A DNA stretch of 64,000 nt from Nitrospirota bacterium. Lineage in GTDB: Bacteria; Nitrospirota; UBA9217. A model generated the notes under the pieces. That model was not told where the DNA came from. It worked only from the letters and a program-made list of their open reading frames with translations, and ran no database searches. Position 1 is the stretch's first letter. Each line of letters begins with the position of its first letter. The DNA lies in assembly GCA_963796285.1 (NCBI GenBank), contig CAWCKW010000012.1, positions 1,568,001 through 1,632,000 on the forward strand, read 5' to 3'. Positions 19,825 to 30,158 of this stretch are shown here, in pieces. The translations under genes were made by a program, and so were the position numbers.

Positions 19825-20013
19825 TTGATGATCTCATAAAAAAACAATCTACCGCAGAGGCGTAGCCTGCTGTTGCCCCCTGCTCTTGCGATAGCGCGGG
19901 GACAAGCCAAAACGCGGCCATAAACGGAGATGCGGAACGCTGCATTTTGAAAATAATAAGGATGTTCTCTGCGTATTTCAGCGGTTAAATTCGACTTATT
20001 GAGAGTACATCAA
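19825..20013. mobile_element. MITE-like element C with terminal inverted repeats and a nested 62-nt insert at 19863-19924
   Basis: TTGATGATCTCATAAAAA / ACTTATTGAGAGTACATCAA ends; inner ACCGCAGAG..CTCTGCG..GCGGT palindrome; insert nearly identical to the reverse complement of 6580-6641. Confidence 0.8.
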
Positions 20014-20163
20014 CCTCGAGTGATGAAGATATCGCACTTAAAATCAGGTAGCAGCGCCGTTTCAGCGCCCCTTAGACAGGGTTCCTGAGCATGAGATCCA
20101 AGTGAATTGCAGATTTCGGATCAAGGCATGACCCGTGAACAAAGCGACGCACACGAAGCCGGA

Positions 20164-22059
20164 CTACATCGTCCCCCCTCCGTATGTCTTCATGATGGCT
20201 TCCTGGGCCGAGTTGATCAGCTTGAACGACTCCTTCAGCATCGTCCTGTCCAGCGCGCCGAGGCCCTGAGGATCGACCATGTTGTCCGGTTCGACCCCTG
20301 CCTGGATCTGTTGGTACTGGTGCCTGAGCCTCAGCGACATCAGGAATTCGAAGGCCTTTTCCAGTTCATCGGAAAACGGTCCCAGGACGCCGCAGCGGTC
20401 CTTCACCTCTGTGAGACGCTCGATCGTGGCGGTATGGTATACCTGCAATCCCAGCGCGGAAAGCCGCGCAGCGTCAATGATCGGGCTCAGACCATTGATC
20501 TTGATGTTGAACTTCCCCTTCTGTGCACCGGTCCGCGCGCAGCTGATATTCCCGAAGAAATCAAGCGGCGGCCTGTTCTTGAGCACGGCACCTGCCATAT
20601 TGGCGAGGAAAAGGGCACGTCCCTTGATCTCGTGCCCCAGGAACGCCCGGAGCCTTTCCGCGAGCAGCAGATCGCCATGGATGGGCCGGAAATCGAAGAA
20701 GATCAGTGACCGAAGGACTGATTCCGGCGTGGGGTTCCGGATCCATTCCGCAAAATATTTTTTCCATACTCTGAGCGGTTGTCGCCATGCCGGATTGCTC
20801 GCCATGTAGTCGGCGCTGCACGGCGGAAACCCGCACCGAGCCAGGGCGTCCTTCATCCGCACGCTGAACTCGGAGAAATACCGGATGGCCTCATCCCCGC
20901 TGTCCGGCAGGTCCTCATAGATGATGGCGTTGTCCTGGTCCGTTTTGAACGTCTGCTCCTTCCTGCCCTCGCTGCCGAACGTGATCCAGCAGTAGGCAAC
21001 AGGAGGCCGCCCCATCCTCTCCTCCGTGATCTCCAGGACCTTTTTGAGCAGCCGGTCATTGATCTCGGTGATGATCCTGATGATACTGCTCGCCTTGGCG
21101 CCTTCCTTGATGAGAATGGAGATGACCCTGTCAATTTTGGTCGCAGCGGGCACGAGCCCGTCGATCGTGTCCCGGGTCTCTATCTCACGGGCAAGAGAGA
21201 GCGGAGACGTCCCCTGCAGCATCATGAGATCGTGGCTGGTCAGGATCCCTTTCAGTTCACCCTTGCCCACCACGAGCAGGTGGTGGATATTGTAGCGCAT
21301 CATTTTAATGAGCGCCTCGAAACAGTGGTCGCGCGCATCCGCCTTGATGAGCGTTACGCTCATGATGTCTCCCACGCGCCCCTCGATGTCCCTGCCCCGG
21401 GAGACTACCTTGTTCCTCAGGTCCTTGTCCGTGATCATGCCGGACGGCAGCCCCTGGCCGTCGAGCAGGACCAGGGAACTGATATTGCGGTCCGCCATGG
21501 TCTTTGCCGCCTCGCGGATGGAGATATCCTCCGATGCCGTGATCACCTCCCTCGTGGCAAGATCGGCCAGAATGTTCGTGAACAGGAGCTTGTCTCCGCC
21601 TCCGTACAAGAGCGTCCGGTCGTGGATCTCCTTATAGGCCATATCGAGAAGTCGTTTCAGCAGGGTGCGGAGGCAGAATTCGGAGAACGCGGCGTTCGTA
21701 CTCAGCAATTCGAGGGCCGTCTCCTTCCTGAGCTGGTAGCACGATGTGTCTTCCGAGGCGATGATCGTGTCCTGCGACACCTCGCTGAACAGAAAGGAGC
21801 GCAGGCCGAAGAATTCGCCGCTCGACCGGAAATCGACCAGCACCTCTTCCAGCTCGTTCGTCCTGATAAAGACCTTGACGGATCCGGTCCGGATGATGTT
21901 GAGGTGCTCTGCCGCAGGTCCGTTCTGGCGGAGGATCTTCTCTCCCCGGGGATAAAACACCAGGGACATGTCCTTCACAATGCCGGCGAGGACCGCGTTG
22001 TCGAGGGAGGCGAAGGGCGGAGTTTGTTTCAGAAAGGTGATGGTGTCTTTCGTGATCAT
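20164..22059 (-). CDS. cNMP-binding/CBS/DUF294 putative nucleotidyltransferase signal protein
   Basis: PPF cNMP domain; CBS pair (GMITDKDLR); GSEGRKEQTFKTDQDNA; FFDFR. Confidence 0.93.
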   Translation of the reverse strand: MITKDTITFLKQTPPFASLDNAVLAGIVKDMSLVFYPRGEKILRQNGPAAEHLNIIRTGSVKVFIRTNELEEVLVDFRSSGEFFGLRSFLFSEVSQDTIIASEDTSCYQLRKETALELLSTNAAFSEFCLRTLLKRLLDMAYKEIHDRTLLYGGGDKLLFTNILADLATREVITASEDISIREAAKTMADRNISSLVLLDGQGLPSGMITDKDLRNKVVSRGRDIEGRVGDIMSVTLIKADARDHCFEALIKMMRYNIHHLLVVGKGELKGILTSHDLMMLQGTSPLSLAREIETRDTIDGLVPAATKIDRVISILIKEGAKASSIIRIITEINDRLLKKVLEITEERMGRPPVAYCWITFGSEGRKEQTFKTDQDNAIIYEDLPDSGDEAIRYFSEFSVRMKDALARCGFPPCSADYMASNPAWRQPLRVWKKYFAEWIRNPTPESVLRSLIFFDFRPIHGDLLLAERLRAFLGHEIKGRALFLANMAGAVLKNRPPLDFFGNISCARTGAQKGKFNIKINGLSPIIDAARLSALGLQVYHTATIERLTEVKDRCGVLGPFSDELEKAFEFLMSLRLRHQYQQIQAGVEPDNMVDPQGLGALDRTMLKESFKLINSAQEAIMKTYGGGTM

Positions 22060-22079
22060 GGGTACCGGTCCAGGGCGGG

Positions 22080-22451
22080 TCAGGCGGACGGTGTGTCGAG
22101 GGCCTTTCTGACCGCCTTCTTCATCTCGTCGTGCATCAGGGGCTTGATGATGAAATCGCAGGCCCCGGCCTTAATGGAATCCACGGCCGTGGTCAGGGAA
22201 GCATAGGCCGTGATGACCATCACTTTTTGCGCGGGGTTCTTCTTGCGGTATTTCGTCAGGAGTTCGATGCCGCTGATGCCGGGAAGGATGATGTCGGTGA
22301 TAATGAGGTCGTAGGACCTGTCTTCGAGGAATATGAACGCCGCTTCGGCGCTGTCAGCGCTGTCCACCTCGTAGCCGTCGCGCAGGAACACCCTCTTCAG
22401 GGATTCGCAGAGCGTGTCTTCGTCCTCAATGATGAGCAGTCGTTCAGCCAT
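22080..22451 (-). CDS. Single-domain response regulator
   Basis: LLIIEDE, DLIITDIILPGISG, ITAY, FIIKP. Confidence 0.93.
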   Translation of the reverse strand: MAERLLIIEDEDTLCESLKRVFLRDGYEVDSADSAEAAFIFLEDRSYDLIITDIILPGISGIELLTKYRKKNPAQKVMVITAYASLTTAVDSIKAGACDFIIKPLMHDEMKKAVRKALDTPSA

Positions 22452-22661
22452 AGCTCCTCACCGGATGTCAGAAGTGTATCGCGTTACTGCCGGGGCGTAT
22501 GCTACTTGTACCTGTTGTTCTTAACCGTATAATATCATTTCTTCGGGCGGATGAAAAGCAAATAAACCGATGTGCAAAGAACGGAAGGGTTACGAAAGAT
22601 AAGGATAGAGAGAGGGCTGATAGGATTTTCCATGAACCACCTGAATATTTCCTGCTCAAAT

Positions 22662-22786
22662 AGATCCCTGCTCTGGTCGACCCGCTCCGGGGTCTTCAGC
22701 AACTGAGCCGGACGGAACCGGCAGGCATGATCACAGCCTGCAATCCCCGGTTTCTGGATGTCTCCTTGCAGTGCTTCCTGATCATA
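22662..22786 (-). ncRNA. Candidate structured sRNA (two long hairpins)
   Basis: ATGATCA/TGATCAT plus CTGCAA/TTGCAG stem, then CCTGC/GCAGG plus TCCGG/CCGGA stem; begins just after a promoter-like sequence. Confidence 0.4.
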
Positions 22787-22789
22787 TAC

Positions 22790-22817
22790 AGAGTAACACG
22801 CAACCCTTATTCGTCAA
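22790..22817 (-). promoter_or_regulatory. Sigma70-like promoter
   Basis: TTGACG-N16-TACTCT with extended TGn. Confidence 0.45.
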
Positions 22818-22825
22818 TAACCGAT

Positions 22826-22861
22826 AAAAAAACCCCGAGTCATTACAAAACTCAGGGGGTT
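22826..22861 (-). terminator. Intrinsic terminator after the guaB unit
   Basis: CCCC(T)GAGT/ACTCGGGG stem followed by a T8 tract on the minus strand. Confidence 0.7.
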
Positions 22862-22900
22862 CAATTCAGCCATGGGTGAGGTTATCTCATGCGACAGCCT

Positions 22901-23086
22901 TCACCGTTCTCTCTTCGCCAGCCACTCCTTAAGACGCGGACATTTGTTCTTCGCCCTGTTCCCGTCGCAGTCACCGCAGATGGTCATGTCCTGACTGCAC
23001 GGGGTAAAACCTTCAGAGCGCCGGGTATCCTCTGCTTTTTTATTCTTCGCGCTGCGCGCTTTTTCAATGCTGGTGACGTTCGACAT
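22901..23086 (-). CDS. Small four-Cys protein, 61 aa
   Basis: AGGA RBS; C-x6-CxxC-x8-C; lies between guaB and the terminator. Confidence 0.65.
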   Translation of the reverse strand: MSNVTSIEKARSAKNKKAEDTRRSEGFTPCSQDMTICGDCDGNRAKNKCPRLKEWLAKRER

Positions 23087-23116
23087 GGTTCCTAATGTTT
23101 TTTACGGGATCAAAGG

Positions 23117-23154
23117 ATCGGACTTCTCATTCCGCACTCCGCATTCCGAAATCG
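23117..23154. repeat. Heptamer tandem repeat (TTCCGCA-type)
   Basis: cattccgcactccgcattccgaaat; same unit at 59641-59657 and 62752-62812. Confidence 0.6.
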
Positions 23155-24651
<1,497 letters not shown>

Positions 24652-24725
24652 TTACCGCAGAGCACACGGAGAAAAAATCGAATATAATAATGGAGAAAGC
24701 GACTCTGTGGCTCCGTCTCCCTCCG
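24652..24725. repeat. Degenerate palindromic ACCRCAGAG-type repeat
   Basis: ACCGCAGAGCACACGGAGA ... CTCTGTGGCTCCG. Confidence 0.5.
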
Positions 24726-24891
24726 CATCTTTATGACAAGCTCCGTTGTTTTTCTTACCATTAGACCACAGACACGGGCATTTCCCTGGCATTCCTCAGC
24801 GTTCTGTTGTTTTCCCTATTATTTCATCCTGCATCGTGTATCAGGTATCGTACTTTACCACACCAGCTGACAAACCTCAAGAAAAACCGGA

Positions 24892-25533
24892 TTATTCAAA
24901 CCCCGATTCCTTGTTCAGGAACGGGTTCTCCTTCCGCTCTTCGCCGATCGTGGTCGCGGGGCCGTGGCCGCAGAAGACCTTGGTATCGTCCGGCAGGGTC
25001 ATGAGGTTCGTTTTGATCGAGCGGATGCAGGGTCATGAGGTCGCCTCCCGGCAGGTCGGTCCTGCCGATGGAGCCGGCAAAGAGCGCAGTCGCCCGTAAA
25101 GACCATCCCCTGATCAAGCAGACTGATGCCGCCCGGAGAATGGCCGGGTGTGTGCAGGACCTTGAGAGAAACTTCGCCCGCAGTGATGATATCACCGTGC
25201 TTCACATACCGGTCCGCCCGGGGAGACGATGTGTGTATTCATGCCAAAGGCCTGCGAATGCAGAGTTGCTGAGGCCATCACCGGCGCATCGCCCTCATGG
25301 ATGAGCAGCTCGGCACCCGTGGCATCCTTAAGGGCCTTGTTCGCTCCCACATGGTCGAAGTGACCGTGGGTGATCACGATGTATTTGACGTTGAGGCCCT
25401 TGTCCTTGATGATCTTCAGGATCTCCTGCGCATCGTCTCCCGGATCGATGACCACCGCTTCTTTGGTCTTTTCGTCCGCAAGGATAAAGCAGTTCACCTG
25501 GAGCGGGCCTACTACAAGCCGTATTAAGATCAT
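24892..25533 (-). CDS. MBL-fold metallo-hydrolase (glyoxalase II-like), several frameshifts
   Basis: THGHFDH, HTPGHSPG, FTGD, GSIGRTDLPGG and GHGPATTIGEE..NPF spread across frames. Confidence 0.88.
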
Positions 25534-25545
25534 GAATATCTGCTT

Positions 25546-25666
25546 TCACCACAGAGGTCACAGAGAAAATCTCAATTCAGGGTGTTATGAAGAGTCGAAA
25601 ACCATGCCCGCTTCAGAATAGACTATCGTGTTGTTTGAGCTTTTCCTCTGTGTGCTCTGTGGTCAA
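25546..25666. repeat. Palindromic ACCACAGAG-type element overlapping the ogt 3' end
   Basis: ACCACAGAGGTCACAGAGAAAA / TTTTCCTCTGTGTGCTCTGTGGT inverted repeat. Confidence 0.7.
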
Positions 25667-26241
25667 TGTTCTTATTCTTTTCCAGCTCCAGCAGTTTTTT
25701 CTTCATCCCGATCCCTGCCGAAAACCCGCCCAGCTTGCCCGCTGAGCTGATGACCCGGTGGCACGGGATGATGATCGGTACGGGATTGGCCCCCAGCGCC
25801 TGGCCCACGGCCCGGGCAGCCTTCGGATTCTTGATCCTCTTCGCGATCCAGCGCATAGGACCGCGTCTCGCCGTGAGGGATCTCCGCTGCCGCTTTCCAG
25901 ACCGCCTGCTGGAAGGGCGTATAATAACGCATATCAAGAGGCAGGTCAAATGAAACACGCGCGCCGGAGAAGTACTTCTTGAGAAGTTTTACCGCCTTTT
26001 CCAATATCCTATCAACTCCTCCAGCATCCAAACCCTCTCCTGCGAATAAGGGGGATCGAGGGTGATGCGAGCTTCTGCATGCAGCACCTGCGCTTGAGGA
26101 CTTTGCAAGCTCCTGCTCAACTTCCCCCTTGTCCTTTTTCGGTAAAACAACCCTGCAGATCCCGCGTTCGGAGGCAGCCACCCCGACCCATCCAAGTGGG
26201 GTAACAAAAATGACCTGTTGTATTCTGCAATCCGTGCTCAA
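25623..26241 (-). CDS. ogt: Methylated-DNA--protein-cysteine methyltransferase, frameshift near 25850
   Basis: TPLGW, TPFQQAVW..IPHGETRSY, then ARAVGQALGANPVPIIIPCHRV. Confidence 0.9.
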
Positions 26242-26243
26242 TC

Positions 26244-27846
26244 TTACCTTCCCGCCTTTCCAGCTTCCGTCCTTCGTTTCCTTCTCACGATCCCCCACAT
26301 GAATTTCAATTCCTCGCTTCTCAACAGCCACATGACGATGACGTAGAACAGCACGCTCACTGCCATGCCGCCGACAAGCAGTTCGGCTTTATACAGGCGT
26401 ATGTCCCGCCGAGATCCCAGACCGGTTGTATGCTGACCCACCATCCGATCGCGCCCATGGCAATGGACGCGGGAATGATCTTGAGAAGCGACCTCAGTAT
26501 CCTCTTCCCGTCCATACGGCCGATCTTTTTCCTGAGCAGCACGGTCAGCAATCCGATATTCAATATGGCTGCAAGCGATGTGGCAAGCGCCAGTCCGCCA
26601 TGTGCAAGCTTTGTCCACGTGAGAAGACAGCCGACTCAGCAGGATGTTCGTCAACAGCGCGACGATCGCGATTTTGACCGGGGTTTTGGTGTCCTGGAGC
26701 GCATAGAATGCCTGGGAAACGATCCTCACACCGGCAAAGGCCCAGAGCCCCACGGCATAGAACAGCATCGCCGCGGCCACGCCTTGCGTGGAGAGTCGGT
26801 CGAACTGGCCGTGTTCCAGCAGAAGGCTCACGATCGGCACCCGGAGCGTGATGAGCCCGGCCATGGCCGGGAACATGATGAAGAACACAAGCCTGAGCCC
26901 GAGTGAGAGTGTTTCCCGAAATTCCGCGGTCTCGCGACGCGCTGCCTGTGCGGACATGGTCGGGAGCACGGCCGTGGCAATGGCGACGCCGAAGATGCCG
27001 AGGGGGAAGTGGATGAATCTCATGCCGTAGAATAAATAGGTTATGCTTCCCGTTGCGAGGAAGGACGCGAAGATGGTTCCGATGAAGATATTGATCTGGC
27101 TCACCGATGAACTGACGAAGACCGGAAGCGCAAGCATGCCGATCTTCTTGACGCCCGGATGCGTGGGCTCGAACTGCGGCCGTATCATCATCCCCTGCTT
27201 CTTGAGCGCCGGCACCTGGATCAGGAACTGGCACATTCCACCGAGGACGACTCCGACAGCCACGCCAAAGATCGGTTGCGACAGGAACCGTGATGCTCAG
27301 CAGCACGGCCGAGATGGTCATAACGTTCAACATCACCGGAGACAGGGCCGGAGTAAGGAACTGGCGGAGGGAGTTCAGCATGCCCATGGCGAGCGCCGCA
27401 AGCCCGATGAACAGAAGATAGGGGAACATGATGCGCGTGAGCATCACGCCGAGGACATACTTGTCGTGCTCTGCCCGGTACGCCCAGCCCCAGGCAACCA
27501 CCTTGACCACGTAAGGAGCGAAGATGATGCCCAGCCCGGTCAGGACGATCAGGATCACCAGCAGGCGGGCAAACACCGCGTTCGCCAGGTGACGGGCGCT
27601 TTCTCTGGATTCCTTGGTGAGCGTCTCGGTAAAAACCGGGATGAACGCCGCGGACATCGAACCTTCGGCCAAAAGTTCGCGCAGAAGGTTCGGGATGCGG
27701 TACGCAACGTAGAAGGCATCCGCGGCCAGTCCCGTGCCGAAGGCCCAGGACATGACCATGTCGCGGATATACCCCATGACGCGGCTGGCAAGCGTGGCAG
27801 CGCCGACAATGCCTGCTGCTTTTGCGACCTTTACCTGTTCAGACAT
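26244..27846 (-). CDS. murJ: Lipid II flippase MurJ, frameshifted
   Basis: SRVMGYIRD, AYRIPNLLRELLAEG, FPLGIFGVAIAT, FYALQDTKTPV in successive frames. Confidence 0.95.
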
Positions 27847-27990
27847 GCGGATCCACCTCGAACGGAAATGCGAAAATAAGGGGTCACTTTATCAGAAAAC
27901 AGCTGGTAAGAAAAGGATTTTTTTCTTGACACCCTACGGCCCTTTGTGTTAAAAGATGGTTCTGGTTTTAACCCCTTAAGGAGGCAAGAA

Positions 27991-28275
27991 GTGGCAATTC
28001 ATAAATCCGTGATCAAAAGGCAGAAACAAGCCGACAAGCAGCAACTCATCAACAAGTCCGCGAAATCCATGCTCAAGACCCTGGCAAAGAAGGTGGAGCA
28101 GGCCGTTGAGGCCAAGAACGCCGATGTCGCCAAGGTAGCCATGGTCAATGCCATGAAAGCCTATGACAAGGCCGCGTCAAAGGGGATCCTGCACAAGAGC
28201 ACCGCTTCCCGGAAGATCTCACGCCTGTCTACGAAAGTGGGCAGAATTACCAGAATTACACCGCATAGCCAATAA
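27991..28275 (+). CDS. rpsT: 30S ribosomal protein S20
   Basis: AAGGAGG plus GTG; HKSVIKR, DKAASKGILHKSTASRKISRL. Confidence 0.96.
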   Translation: MAIHKSVIKRQKQADKQQLINKSAKSMLKTLAKKVEQAVEAKNADVAKVAMVNAMKAYDKAASKGILHKSTASRKISRLSTKVGRITRITPHSQ

Positions 28276-28372
28276 GTAAGAAGTTGAGAAGGTAAACATG
28301 GCGAGAAGTTGATAAAAGGGTTGTCGTTCTGTCAGTTGTCCTCTCTCCGTTCCTGCCTTCTCACCTTCCTCT
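28276..28372. repeat. Degenerate short-period palindromic repeat between rpsT and holA
   Basis: GAAGTTGAGAAGG..GAGAAGTTGA / CCTTCTCACCTTC. Confidence 0.45.
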
Positions 28373-28381
28373 GTTATCCCA

Positions 28382-29377
28382 TCACCCGCACAACCTCAGG
28401 ATCATCCGCTCCAGGACCAATCTGCCGTTCAAACCGCTCGACTTGAGCGCTTTATCCGTTGCCAGCATCACAGCAAAAACCTCGCGCAGTTCATCCAGGG
28501 AATAGCTTCGCATCTGTTCCTTGAACAGGCCGGCCTGATGAAAAATGACTCTGAGCTTTTTCGTAATATCATCTGGTCCCGTGCCTGATGCCTCCATGGC
28601 CTTTGCCTGCATGAGCCTGCGGAAGTTCCAGGCGATCGAGCCGAGCAGGCCCACGGGCGCCTCGCCTTCCTGGATCAGCCGCGACAGGATAAGGAAGGAC
28701 TTTTCCCGGTCCTTCTGACCGAGCGCTGCCGCAAGGTCGAAGGAGGTGTACTCCCGGAAGTCACCCACCACGGTCTTGACGTCATCAAAGGTAATTGCCT
28801 TTTTCTCTTTTACGGAGATGAGGACCTTCTCGAGCTCGTTGCCTATCTTCTGGAGGTCGTTCCCGAGTGTCTGCCACAGGAATTGGGCCGCGTCACGCTG
28901 TATCGACAGGCCCCGTGTCCTTGCCCATGCCTCGATCCAGGAAATGATCTCACGGTCCAGGAGCGCGTAGAACCGCGTCACCGCGCCATGGGCCTCCACG
29001 GCCGAGGTGACGGACTTTTTATCATATCGCTCCTGGCTCGAGAGAAGGAGCAGGCAGGTGCTGGGTGAAGGATCGTTGAGATACGGGATCAATTCTTCAA
29101 GGTCCCCTGCCTTGAACGCATTGATCTCTTTTGCGATCACGAGCCGCTTTTCGGACATGAATGGGAGCGTCTGGCAAAGGTTCACCAGCTCGGACGCGGA
29201 AGTATCCTTGCAGTATAATGTATTGAAGTTGAAATCCCTGGCAGCCGGATCAACGACCTTGTTGATGATGAGGTCAACCGCCTCCTGGATCAGGAATTCT
29301 TCTTCGCCGAAGAACAGGTAGAGGGGAAGGATCTTCCCTTGCTTGAGGCTGGATATGAGGTCCTGATATTTAAGCAT
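28382..29377 (-). CDS. holA: DNA polymerase III delta subunit
   Basis: LYLFFGEEEFL, TLPFMSEKRLV, GNDL..NELEK; rpsT/lptE/leuS context. Confidence 0.95.
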   Translation of the reverse strand: MLKYQDLISSLKQGKILPLYLFFGEEEFLIQEAVDLIINKVVDPAARDFNFNTLYCKDTSASELVNLCQTLPFMSEKRLVIAKEINAFKAGDLEELIPYLNDPSPSTCLLLLSSQERYDKKSVTSAVEAHGAVTRFYALLDREIISWIEAWARTRGLSIQRDAAQFLWQTLGNDLQKIGNELEKVLISVKEKKAITFDDVKTVVGDFREYTSFDLAAALGQKDREKSFLILSRLIQEGEAPVGLLGSIAWNFRRLMQAKAMEASGTGPDDITKKLRVIFHQAGLFKEQMRSYSLDELREVFAVMLATDKALKSSGLNGRLVLERMILRLCG

Positions 29378-29399
29378 CTGCTTTTATACGAATCCGACG

Positions 29400-29511
29400 T
29401 TAATGATCAACATCCGAATGCCAAAGCCAAGTTCACTCGAGCGCATGCCAAATGGTCTTTTTGATATGTTGAGTTTGATTGAACTTTGAACTTTGTATTT
29501 TGCCCTTGACC
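29400..29511. repeat. Degenerate heptamer palindromic repeat between lptE and holA
   Basis: AATGATCAA..AATGCCAAA / TTTGAACTTTGAACTTTG. Confidence 0.45.
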
Positions 29512-30121
29512 TCAAAACCCCTCCAGCAGCCTGCTCCGGAGCGTCGAGGCAATGTCACGACTTGCGCTCTTGAGGGCCGTTTCCTTCGCAATCTTCGTAG
29601 CTGGTGATATCTCCCAGCGTTACCGAATAGCTGGACAACAAAAACGGAGCCGAGCCCCTTTTCCTGCCAGATGATCTTATGGGTCTTTTCGTCCTCAACG
29701 GTCACATTCATGCCGATGCTGACCGTATAGGACTGCACATAGTTGTCAGTTGTATAGCCGGACGGAGTCATGTCGAATTTTGTCACCGTTCCCTTGAGCA
29801 CTAGGTCGGCTGCCTCTGAACTGACGACCTGTAACCTGCCGTCCGCAAGGAATTCATCCACAACAGCTTTGGTCACCTCGACATCAACATACGGTTCATT
29901 GGTGCCATTGCGAAGGCCAAAATAGCAATGGTCCTTGTGCTTTCGGGTACGATCCCGCCCACCGGGGTGAACCGATAGCCGCAGGAGGAGAGCAGCAGAA
30001 GCAGGAAGAGCAGAACTGTAATGAGAGTCGATGGACGATCGCCCGCTTCGCGCGCCAGGACGATGGACGCCTTCTTCCTAATTCCTTCTTCCCTCGTTTT
30101 TCTCACCTCATTCTCCTTCAC
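29512..30121 (-). CDS. lptE: LPS assembly lipoprotein LptE, frameshifted
   Basis: LSSCGYRF lipobox; ADLVLKGTV; C-terminus RLLEGF; located between leuS and holA. Confidence 0.85.
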
Positions 30122-30158
30122 TCATTCCTTTTCCCTCGTCTCTCTTACACATCGCCCT

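Noticed and set aside
22468-22785. Possible selenoprotein: 29-codon ORF ending TGC-TGA (22696-22698), then a small hairpin and an in-frame 63-aa ORF
   Set aside because: The product is not protein-like, has no RBS or redox motif, and the hairpin is better explained by the larger RNA structure
28242-28259. CAGAATTAC duplicated at the rpsT 3' end
   Set aside because: A single 9-nt in-frame duplication in a variable tail; no sign of function
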